A program made the position numbers and the translations under genes. Of a stretch of 64,000 nt of DNA, positions 15,038 through 25,800 are shown one piece after another (the first letter of the stretch is position 1; each line of letters begins with the position of its first letter). Location: NCBI RefSeq assembly GCF_016433145.1, contig NC_058133.1:250998629-251062628 (forward strand). The letters are read 5' to 3'. The notes beneath the pieces were generated by a model that was not told the origin of the DNA, made no database searches, and was given only the letters and a program-made list of their open reading frames with translations. This stretch comes from Gracilinanus agilis (Eukaryota).

Positions 15038-17913
15038 TCAGGCTGTCTGGAACAGGAAATAAAATTAGGAGGGAAAAAGAAAGCCCTAAAACCACCCTCC
15101 AAGGAAATGCCTACCTGTCACAATGTACAGAACATCTGATGTGACCCTTTCATTTTGCAGAAGAGAAAGGAGGTGACTTGACTGACATTACACAGTTAGT
15201 CAGTGGCAAGTGACTCCAATCCACTACTTTTTCATTATACCATATCTTCCCACCCCACAGAGTTCCCTCTCCCCAGGGCATAAGAATTTTTTTCCCCCAA
15301 ATCCCAACCCTATGCTAGTTTGGGAAGAGGAAGGACTCCTACCCTGGTCGAAGTTCAGTTTCTTGGCTGGGGGAGCCTCCCCTAGCCCCTCAATGTCCAC
15401 TAGGTCACTGTTGGCATCTGAGTCATTCAGGGCGCTCAGCGTCACATCTGAGAGGGAGGCATCAACTAGGTCCCCCCTGCCAGATTTCCCCAAACCTTCC
15501 CAACCCCAGTTCCCCTTCCTCCCAGCTCCTCCTCATGCTCTTCCCTCACCGGTTGAGGGAGGAGGCTTTTCCCTTTTAATCTCATTTCCAAGTTTATTCA
15601 TTTGACCTCAGATCTTATCTTTCTCCTTAGCAAACCCCTACAAAAACCACTCAATGGCCCTCACCAGCCTTCTGCTTCTTCGGGGGAGGGCCCCCTGTTT
15701 CAGGGACACTAGGCCCAGTGGGTGGGGGTACCGGTAGGGCAGGAATCAAGACATTGGATGCTCCCTTCTTAGGCCCCTTCTTGGGTGACTCAGTTGGAAG
15801 AGGGAGACCGGAGTCTTCATATACCTTTCTTTTCACTGTAGACTTTATCTGAGCACTGAGGAAGAAAGACAGAACATAGGGGAAGAGGGGGAAAGGTGTC
15901 AAAGGGATATGAAGAATAAGAGGACACATGTTGGGGTGAGATATAAGGAAACTCAGGATAATCTAATCTATGGCCTGGGAAACTCTAGCTCAAAAATTCC
16001 TAACCTTTTAATAAGGAAGGATTACTTTTCACTTTACAAAGTATTTGGATCACTTAGGGGAAAGGGCCAGGAAATCTAGAAGTAAAATATCTGAGCAAAG
16101 TAGGGAAAGAGGGGTATTCATGCTTTCCTATTTTGAATACCAGGAAAGAGAATCATATGGGGAGAACGGAGAGGGGTTGAGGTGGGTAGGAAGGTGTGGA
16201 CATTGGCTTATAAAGATCTACCATATACTCATCTGTACCCAAGAAAGGAAACCCCACCCTATATAAACATAGGGAACCCCCAAACACCCAATACAACCAA
16301 TCCCATTAGTCTCACTATAAGCAATTGGTTAGGAGGGTTCCTACAATAATTATACTTTGTTGTAAGTACTCTAAGAGATCCTATGAAAACTACTTTCAGA
16401 ACTAATCTAGGAAACCCCATCAAAATATTTCAACAATCCCTGCTCCAACTGAAGTAATTCTCATGATTTATATCCAGTACCTGGGGACATCCTACCAAAA
16501 CAACCAGAGACAGCAGGAAAGGGAAGGAAGAAGGGGTAAGAGGAGGATAAGCTGTCCACCCCCCATTCCCTGACTAGCCACCCTCCCTCACACAGTCCGG
16601 TCCTTGATGACACAGCTGATGCGATTAAGATCGTCCCCAAATCGTTTCACCGCAGCCCTCAGCATCTCTATCTCCGTGTCTGTCCACTTGGCACTGTCAG
16701 GAGGGGAGAGGGGGATGGGGAAGTGGAGTGTCGGGGAGGGGTTAAGTCACCCCACACACCACATGCTCTGGTTCTCTGTCCCAAAACCATTGAGCCCCCT
16801 TAATTCTTCCACAAAATTTAACTATCCCATATAAACTCCCAGATCTGCCTCCCCCAATCCTGGGTATGAAAAACCTACATAAATATGATCTGACTTCTAA
16901 TATATAAAAGAGCCTACCTAGAATACATATTTTGATTTTATCCAATACAGTAAAGCTTACAAAGCAGTTATACAAATTGCACTTGATTCTTATACCCAAA
17001 GACTTGTGCCGTTTCAAGCAAGGAATATTTAAATGACTTGCTCAAGGTCACTTAGTCAGTGGTCTCTAGAGACCATATACTTGTTAAGTCAAGAGGTTAA
17101 CCCCACAGTCAAAAGCTAGAGAACAAATGTGAGAGCTAGGGGTCAGAAAATGGTGATTGTTGAACGTGTCTGTCCCTCCCCTGGGCTAGGGCAATGTGAT
17201 CCTGCACCACTTCTCTCCTCCCCTCTCAGGCTAGTTCAAACATACCCAGCAGGGGAGGAATCCGACACTGGATGCAGCTGCATAGTCAGCTCACCAAGCT
17301 TTGTGAAGGCAGCACCAGCAGCGGAGAAGATCTCCCCAACCTGGAGAATGGGAGGGGATGGATCCAACCACTTGAGGATTATGGGGTCCAATCCCTGGGT
17401 CACAGCCTCCCCCACCCACACCGAGAAGCATGTTCCTGGAGCATGCTTCTAACCCAGGAAGAGTTTAACACTAGAAAATTCCCCTCCCCTCTCTTCCCAT
17501 GCTAGGGGAAGCATCACACAAGGGTCTCCATTCTGGCCATCAAGTGAGAGATGTACCTAATGTTTTCCATTCTCCCTGTTAGGTGAAAAGTAAAATAACT
17601 AAGGGACACCCAACTTCTTTGTTCACTCCAGAGAGGCCCCATTCTCTCTTGCCCCGGAATTGTTGGGGGAAGGTGCTACAGCTCCGGGGTCTATCTCCTG
17701 GAACAGGTGGGAGAGGCGCTAGGCTGGGGAGTGTAGGAAGGGGCTCCCTTCGCTCGGGAAGGTGCTACACCAGGGGTTCCTCATTCTGCAAGTCCGGTGA
17801 GAGGCGTTATCTTCCGAGGGTCCTCATGCCCCCCTCCCCTGGGCTACCTTGGCACTCTCCGCGTTTCCGGGGGGTGGGGGAGGAGCGCGCACCTTGGTGG
17901 AAGCTGACGTCAT
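15038..17913 (-). CDS. C17orf49: C17orf49 / BAP18 (BPTF-associated protein, SANT/Myb-like domain), 172 aa
   Basis: Exons: 17913-17893 (MTSASTK), 17340-17246, 16693-16592 ([22 protein letters not shown]), 15855-15665, 15447-15343, 15042-15038 (ends FDQA*). All GT-AG; 519 nt. Confidence 0.97.
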
Positions 17914-18260
17914 GGCCCTGGACGCCAGCTCCCGGGACGCAGCTGCAGCAGCTGCCGCGCGAGCAAAGACTAGAGCAACCCAGCCAAACGGCCGCGGAAG
18001 TCCCGCCCCTCTGTTGGGCTAGTGGCTTCTCACCGGCCCCTAGAGTTCGCCGCTCTCCTGCTCGCGCTCCTCCCCCGCACCATCAGCCGGAGGGAGCGTT
18101 CAGTCCACGGGGTTTGAAGGGAAGGTGCCAGGCGCAGCAGCAATTCGTCCCTACTACCGGGGTTGGTAGGCGGGGTTCACTCTGCTTCCGGCGGGGCGCC
18201 AGGACACTTCCGTTTCTGGATTTGGTTTCTTTCCGTTGCCCCACCTCCCAAGTTTCCCCG
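17860..18260 (-). promoter_or_regulatory. C17orf49 CpG-island promoter with ETS-type motifs
   Basis: High CpG density; CGGAAG/CTTCCG motifs near 17994, 18186 and 18207. Confidence 0.7.
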
Positions 18261-18374
18261 GCCTCAGGGGTCTCCCGCCCTCCCTACTCAGCAGGAACCC
18301 CAGGGCTCCTAGGATATAAAACAAGAAGGGACTACAAAACAAGAACTCACGCCATTGGCTTAGATTACCTACAC

Positions 18375-18380
18375 TTTATT
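18375..18380 (-). terminator. RNASEK poly(A) signal AATAAA
   Basis: tttatt on the plus strand, 268 nt past the RNASEK stop. Confidence 0.75.
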
Positions 18381-18647
18381 GTAACTAGCAGAAACAGCCG
18401 AAAGGCTAGGAAAGGGAAAGTAGAGTCACCCAAACACAATTGGGGTAAAAATAACCAAACGAAATCAAGCCCTTCTCCCCACCTCCCACCCCCAACCCCG
18501 AGGGCAACCAGCAAAATCTTCAGCCACTAAAGTGGGGAAAAAAAGGCCGAACCCCCAAAATAACTGGGAATGTTACTTGAAGGGACGTTAAATATGAGAC
18601 GTGGGGTAAGGGGCACCCCCAAATCTTTGGGAGTGGAATGGAATGGC

Positions 18648-19901
18648 CTAACGGACCATGTATTCTTTGCGCTTGTTGAGTCGGACTTGGCAGAACGAGA
18701 AGCCTCCAACCAAGGCATAGAGGCCGGCGGCAATGAAGCAGTTGTAACTCACACTTTCAAAAAGCGCAAAGATTTTTTCAGGATTATCCCTGGGGGACGA
18801 AAGAAAGGGTGAAGATAAAATAGTTGCTAGATTGCCCAAGTCCTCATTGCCCCCAAAGTACTTGAAGGCCACCCCTTTCGGTTTTCTAGCAACACTCCAA
18901 GTCTTCAGGGCCCTAACTCTAGTCCCAGACCCAGGGGAAAACCTCTTATTCCCTACAACTCACTGGGAAAAATCATCTTCTTCAACAGGTAAATCCTCAA
19001 ACAATCCAGCAGTATGGAGATTGAAGAAAATTCCCAGAATAACCTGAGAAGAAATTCAAGAAAAATATGAGATTAAGGGGTAACTGAAACCAGAAATTTG
19101 AATTCTTAGTCCGTTCTGAAGAATCAACCTTGACGTGCCCTTTTCTTTCTCGTTGCCATAACATCAGACTCGCACATCTGGCAGTACCTAGGGATATGCT
19201 CAGACGAAACCAGAATCGGCCGCCTAATTTGGTGTGTAACTCAAAAAGAGTTGAAAACACCCTCCTAGTACACTCTCAACTCAAAAGGGAAAACTTTCAT
19301 TTATAGATGAACATACAGATCGCTCCCACATCTCTTTTTCCAAAGGAGCTTCGCCATCACGGGAAGGACTTCCTTCTTTGGCATTCTATTCCAATCCGGA
19401 GGCCAGAGTCGAAACAGGGGTAACTGTGCCCCAGATTTTTCCTTTATCAGATTCAGAATCTTGCTTTCCTTAAATCGCCTCTCGTTTTTCAAGCTCCCCA
19501 GACCTTCCCCAAGTCCCGTCCCAACTTCGACTTGATCCCCATTAGACTGCCTTTCTTTGTATTCTCAGGTCTTAGCAGTGGCAAGTACATAGTAAGTGCT
19601 TAATATTGTCTGACTTCACTTTTTCTCTCCTAGTCCCCAATCCCCGTCTTCCCACCATCCCTTTCTTCCCCCAAATTGTTTCCCTTGACTCCTTGCAAAA
19701 GCTCTTAGGACCTACCCCAAAAGGGTTTCAATCATTCATACCTCGATGCCCCAGAATCTCCGGGCCCCAAGTCCTAGAGATCCCCCCCGAGTCCTTCCCC
19801 CCAGCCTCCCACGGCCTCCTCACCAACATGATCACCGCCCAGACGCTAAGGACGATACCGCAGGCAGCCAGCTTGGGCCCACAACATAAGAGGGACACCA
19901 T
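18648..19901 (-). CDS. RNASEK: RNASEK (two-TM protein, V-ATPase subunit f homolog), 99 aa, 3 exons
   Basis: Exons: 19901-19824 ([26 protein letters not shown]), 19043-18964, 18789-18648 (...[33 protein letters not shown]). GT-AG; 300 nt. Confidence 0.97.
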
Positions 19902-20281
19902 CTCGAGCGCAGGCCGGGGAGGACAGTACAGAAACAGAGGCGGAGTACGGGTCCCAAGAAACCAAATACCGGTTTCAGGTGCCTTAGCCCAGCTGGAGTG
20001 TACGTGGGGGCCGCCGGGAAGGACAGAACGGGAGCCCGGAGGGGTGGGAGCTGGGAGAAGGGGGGAGGAACCAAAGAGCAGGAATAGAAAGCAGGCTTAA
20101 AGCGCCGGAGGCCGGCCATTCCCAGAGAAGGGGATGATAAAGGAGAAAAAGTTTAATGAAAAAAGGTGCAGAGGACGATATTTCAAAGCACTTCCAACTC
20201 CTACTAAGTTACGAAATTTTCCCTTTTCTTTCTCCCCACGAATATGGTACAGTCCATTGGAAAGGATGAAGAAAGGGGGTC

Positions 20282-20322
20282 GTCACGTGACCGAATACCT
20301 CCAGAGTCACGTGGCCCGGAAG
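20282..20322. promoter_or_regulatory. Tandem CLEAR/E-box elements plus an ETS site in the RNASEK CpG promoter
   Basis: Perfect palindrome GTCACGTGAC (20282-20291), GTCACGTGGC (20306-20315), then CCGGAAG. Confidence 0.75.
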
Positions 20323-20861
20323 GTCCTTCTCTCAGTCTCTCTCCTCTAGTGAACAGTGAGTTTCTCTCTGTTTTCTTAGTTCCAGGCCATTTCTTTGGAT
20401 GCTGACCCGAATTTAACCCTATCCTTTAAATAGTGAAATGCCGGGGAAGGGCCTTGCCCGACTGTCGTGTAGGGGAATAGGGTCGGGCAGTGCCTCTTAT
20501 TAGGGAAGGAGGCCCATTTCCATCTTGGGTTTTGGAAGGGATGTGATGTAAAGGCCTGGTTGTTCCGTGGAGATGATCGCATATATATCTTCATATTTGC
20601 CAGGTGGGCCTTCTGAAATTTTAAAAGTATGGGCTGGGGGGCAGTAGGAAAAACCAGGGACTGAGCCATCTAACGGGAAAAATCCTTTGTTCCTACTTTT
20701 TTTTTCTTTCCCCCGAACAGTTAGGAACTAGGAAGTGCATTTTAGGTCCCTTTCTCAAAGTCCAAGTCCCTGGGGTCTTTTTGCTTCAGTGACCCAACCG
20801 AAAGGCTTGGTATCATCAGGAAAGCAATTGAAATTAACGAGAGAATGACATACACTACATT

Positions 20862-21268
20862 TTTTTTTTAAACCTTACCTTCTGTCTTGGCTTACTGTGT
20901 ATTGGCTCCAAGGCAGAAGAGTGGTAAGGGCTAGGCAATGGGGGTTAAGTGACTTGCCCAGGGTCACACAGCTAGGAAGTGTCTGAGGCCAGATTTGAAC
21001 CTAGAACCTCCAGTTTCTAGGCCTGACTCAATCCCCTGAGCCACCCAACTGCCCTCATACACTATATTCTTTTTTTTTTGTTTGTTTTGTTTTAAACCCT
21101 TAACTTCTGTGTATTGGCTCATAGGTGGAAGAGTGGTAAGGGTGGGCAATGGGGGTTAAGTGACTTGCCCAGGGTCACACGGCTGGGAAGTGTCTGAGGC
21201 CAGATTTGAACCTAGGACCTCCTGTCTCCAGGCCTGGCTCTCAATCCACTGAGCTACCCAGCTGCCCT
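20862..21268 (-). mobile_element. Two head-to-tail SINE1_Mdo-type SINEs
   Basis: Reverse complement of the tRNA-derived GGGCAGCTGGGTAGCTCAGTGGATTGAGAG...A-tail. Copies at ~20862-21055 and ~21069-21268 share a target-site duplication (TSD). Confidence 0.9.
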
Positions 21269-21715
21269 CATACACTACATTCTTAAAGCTGTAAGAATGT
21301 TAATTCTAAACCCCATATTTTGCCACTAAGGAAATTTAGGTTCAGAGGTTGTGATTTGTCCCTTGGAAAAGAGTTAATGTCAGAATCAGAATTTGAGCCC
21401 AGGGTTTTAAATTAAATGCTCTTTCCATCACCCTACACCTTCCTTACTACAAAAGCATAGTGTACCCATATCTGGAATACTGTATTTAATTCTGACTCAT
21501 GAACCTAAGTAGTAGAACAGACCTCAAGGTGGTATTTTATATATATATATGTTTCTGTAGTGGAAAGAGACCTGGACAGGTAATAGAGTTTGTCATTGGA
21601 GAGTCATCATGGTATAGTAGAAAAAGCAAAGTTAATTTGGAACCTAGATCCTGGGTTCAAATCCTTCTTTTGATATTAACTGGATGTTAAAGGTTAAATT
21701 ATTTAACCTTTTGTG

Positions 21716-21830
21716 TGACCCTGGGCAAGTCATTTGACCCCCATTGCCCACCCTTACCACTCTTCCACCTAGGAGCCAATACATAGAAGTTAAGGGTTAA
21801 AAAACAAAAACAAAAAAATTATTTAACCTC
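21716..21830 (+). mobile_element. 5'-truncated SINE1_Mdo-type copy
   Basis: tgtgtgaccctgggcaagtcatttgacccccattgccc...aagggttaaaaa. Confidence 0.8.
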
Positions 21831-22212
21831 TGAGTCTGTATTCATGTGTAAAATAGGGGTAATAATACTTGTTTTATTTATCTGAAGGTGGAAAGGACCA
21901 CAAGATAATGGATATAATGCTCTGAAGTAGTTTAAAGTGTTTTAAATTTGGAACAAAATGAGGGCCATAAAATCAGTTACTCTTAGTGTTGGGACAGAAT
22001 GATGATGGAAACAACTTCAACCTAGAGTTTAGTTATATTCATGGATGACTGACCTTTAATGGCTATTTGAATAACTACTCTAATCTTTTGAGCCAGAGAA
22101 GATGATTGTCTTCATGGTACATCGAAAGGTTGTACTAGTTTGTGTCCTTATGCTAGCATTGCAATTATTTTGTTCCTTGAGCAACAGAGGTTGAGATACC
22201 TTGTATTATTGA

Positions 22213-22226
22213 TTTATTAGTTTATT
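22213..22226 (-). terminator. ALOX12 poly(A) signals (two AATAAA)
   Basis: tttatt at 22213-22218 and 22221-22226. The paralogous pair is preserved at ~43285-43294. Confidence 0.65.
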
Positions 22227-22851
22227 TCAGATTGTGGCAAAGGGGCAGGGATATCTAAGTAAGAAGCAATGAGGTGGTAGAGCTTGGGGACTATCGCTGG
22301 GAGAAGGGAATGGGAACCTTCATATCTGGTTATAATTAGAGCTTTCCCATCCTTGGGAGAATGATAGGGATGGGCTGCCTCTGCCCCAGAAGGAGAGTCA
22401 AAGGGAAGATCATTTCTTTCCAGAATGAGAAGCATGTGTAGAGAGTGGGAGACAAGTGTTGGGAAGGAGCTAAATGTGACTTAATGATCAGTGACACTGG
22501 GGAGTGAAATTAAGCATGATTTATACCAGAAGAAGAAAGACTCCTCCTGAGAGGTGGGTGAAAAAGGAGAGGTAGGTCTGATATGGGGACAGAGCCTTAA
22601 ACTTGTTATTTTTGTGCCTATGAGTATGAATGTAGAAGGACTAGGGTTAGGAAAGGAAATAGGACTTTGCTAAGCCAATTAGAGTAGTGGTTAGCCAGAT
22701 GGGTAGGTGACAAAGAGCAGATAGATCACTGTGGGGTAGAGTCCACTTGTGAGTTTTATACATGTAGGTATGAGATTTAGAAGGATTAAGGTTAGGAAAG
22801 GAAAAGAGATTTTTAAGGCCAATCAGAGTGATGGTCAGACAGATAATAGGT

Positions 22852-25800
22852 TTAAATGGTAATGCTGTTCTCTATTCTGCTGGGCCGAAGGTACTCATAG
22901 GGCAGATCTAGATTCTTATTACGGGCCACAATCTCTTTTTCTAGAGTGTCTAATTCTTCCAGGAAATGACTCAGCACAGCCTTGGGCCCAGGTCCTGAAA
23001 AATATTCTTCCTTATGCTGACCCAGCGGTACCTGAGATAGAAGAAAAAGATCATCTGACAGTCACAAGCTTCAGGATATAGATCCTCAGTTGCCAATTCT
23101 AGTCCCTTACCCCTGGGCCCAGTTCCCTCTGGGGGCCCTGGTTCTCACCATGTCTGGCTGGAATCGACCCAAATGCCATGCAATTGTCATCTGGAGACAG
23201 GCCTGTTGGACATTTGGCAGTGTGGCCATCACCATCTCCAATGTTACATCCTTTGTAGTTGGTGGGGGTTGCCGCATAGTACATGGAGCATTAGGAACCC
23301 AGGCATACCAATCTAGCTATTGTGGGGAGAGACTAAAGTCATTCAGAGACCAGGAACCTGAGCCTTTAGTTCCCCGCCCCCATTTCCTTCACCATAATAA
23401 AGGAATGTTTTCAGCCTCCAACACACTCAGGGATTCCGATTTCCAAATAACTTTACCTGTCCCTGATTAATGCCTGAGTGTTGGACTGTGCATGTGAAGA
23501 TGCACATGGTGAGAAAGTGGCAGAGGTCAGCCCTGGACTGGAAGAAGACAGGAAACCCTGGAAGAGAGAAGAGTTTGTGGATGTTATAAGGAAAGGAAAA
23601 GTTATAGTAAGAGATGATGGTTTGCAGAGGACAGATGTATAAGGAAGATTCTGTAATGTTGAAAAGGAGGGTTGAGCTGGAATTCAGGAGTTAGTCTCTC
23701 TCTCTCTCTGGGGTTTGCTGACTGCTAGCACCTGGAAGGAGTGGTGGCCAAGTACCTGGTGGAGTTCTTGTACCTGTCCTTGCCACTGTGACCTGTGTTT
23801 CCCTTGAAAGAAGATCTTTGAACCTGGAGCTAGCCTGAACCAACATCCAGCTATCTACACTATCAGTTAGCAACGGTCTGGGTCCATTTGGATTTGGGAC
23901 CTTTCCCTTGGGTCCCTGTCTAATCTGCTACAGACCAATACCTCTAGTAACAATCAAGAGAGGTTTGGTTAGTGTAGGGTAGCTAGATTTAGGGTTCGGG
24001 GTTTTAGGTGAGAGAGTCTCAGTCCATAAAATCTCTGAAGACCCTTCTGGAGAAGGTTTAGTTCCTGGGGTATTTAGCTAGTAAAATAGTGATAGAAATT
24101 CCCTTTCCTCTCCAAACCTCTCTTTGAGAATAAATTACAACTTCCAGTGACTTTTGCCTGATCTGTGACTGAGGGGTCTGTGTGCTAGGCCCTAGACCAG
24201 GTTTTGGCCTGGTCAGGGCTGTCTGTTAGGCCCTTTCACCCACAGTGTGTAAACCTTGATACTGGCCCAGAGTAATTAATTTAATCCCATCTAATCCCAT
24301 CTCCCAGATACCCATATTACATGGAAGCTGAAGATTCAGGGAGAAATAAGGGCTGGTGTTCTCAGAAGGTGGCCAAGGTCCTGGGATGTGTGATTTAGGG
24401 AAAATTTAGATTCTTAAAAGCTATGTGGTCATATTTCTTATTTCTCCCTTCATTTTTAGAGGGATTTAGAGTGTAAAAGTCTTTTGTTCTGATAAATCCA
24501 TTTACATTATAGTCAGGTTTAAATTTGCACGTAAGACTGTATGTGGATAGGGTTAGGAGCAAAAAGCCAGTGAGAAAGAAGTGGCAGCCAACTTAAGGAA
24601 CTTAGTCTTTGTTGGAAGATATGTCTTAATTTTATCTCTAAATAGAGGTGAGAAAGATGGAGACTGGAGACCCTAAGATCTATCTACTTGGCTGCTGTGT
24701 GGTACCATGTCCTTTATGTGGTTCTTGTTGCTCGTGTTAGTGGACTGGGTTTGTTTCTCTGTCGGGGCTGTTTATAAATACTTGGGAAAAGGGGTCAGGA
24801 TGTAGGAAAATATCAAGGGATTGAGGTCTGAGATGATCTTATTAGATAGTCTCCAGGTTTAGAAATAGTTTCATAAGAGTAGTGGAATTCAGAAAGGATT
24901 TTAATAGAGGGCTCCAGAAAGGATTAAGAACAAAGGGGAAATGATTGTTCAGTATGGCACATGCCCTGTCTTTCTTACCTTGGTCCTGGGCTCCACATAA
25001 CCCAATCTCAGTGATCTCTCTGCACCAGGATTGTAGCTCAAGATCACTCTGAACAACCTTGTCCCCTGAATAATGGAGATGGACTATTCCTTTCACATAC
25101 CTGCTCCCAAGAGAGAAGGGGGTCAGAGAAAAGCTGTTGAGGGGAATTGGTGGGGCATTACCAAGAAGCACAGGATTGAAGTTAGAACAAGGAACAGTTT
25201 TCACTCAAAAATGAAGAAAAATCCTTTGTATATCATATTATTGCCAAAAAATTGTGATTTTGCTTTCCTCTAAAGATCACAAAAGAGGGAAAACTTTTTG
25301 AGGTATAGCATTACATTTGGGCAGCTTTTTTTTTACATCAAAGGAAGCAGGTCTCTCTTCTCCACTGCTTTATCATCCATTGTTCCCGGTGCTGCCCCCC
25401 AAGGCAGTATAGAACAAATCTAGCACCTCTTCACATCCTGGTTCTTCAGTGATTGAAAGCTATTTTATTCTTCTTAAGACTTCTGCCCTCTCTTTCCACT
25501 CTGGATAATTGGGGCCTTTGTCTTTCTCTGGCCTTGCAGCTTCTCTCTCCCTGACCTTTCACAGATCATTAACATTAGTTTAGCAGTGACATTTATCATT
25601 ATCAGGGTTAGGTCATTCTGTGTTTGACATTATTCTCTTATAGGGTTTTTCTACTCTTTTGTGTTCATCCCCAATTAAGGCCAAGTTGCTAAAAGAGGCA
25701 TTAGTTTCTTGAGACAGTTATCTTTTTTCTTTCTCATTATCATTGTTTCTATTTTCTTCCTTAGACTTTCATTCTTGAGAACTTTCAATTCTTCCCAGGC

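Noticed and set aside
17583-18530. 315-aa plus-strand ORF, the longest in the track
   Set aside because: It spans the GC-rich C17orf49 CpG island, where stops are rare. Composition is Arg/Pro/Gly low complexity, and the start codon is GTG.
20849-21281. Regularly spaced direct repeats resembling a CRISPR-like array
   Set aside because: The repeats are SINE target-site duplications in a mammalian genome. No prokaryotic features were seen anywhere in the window.
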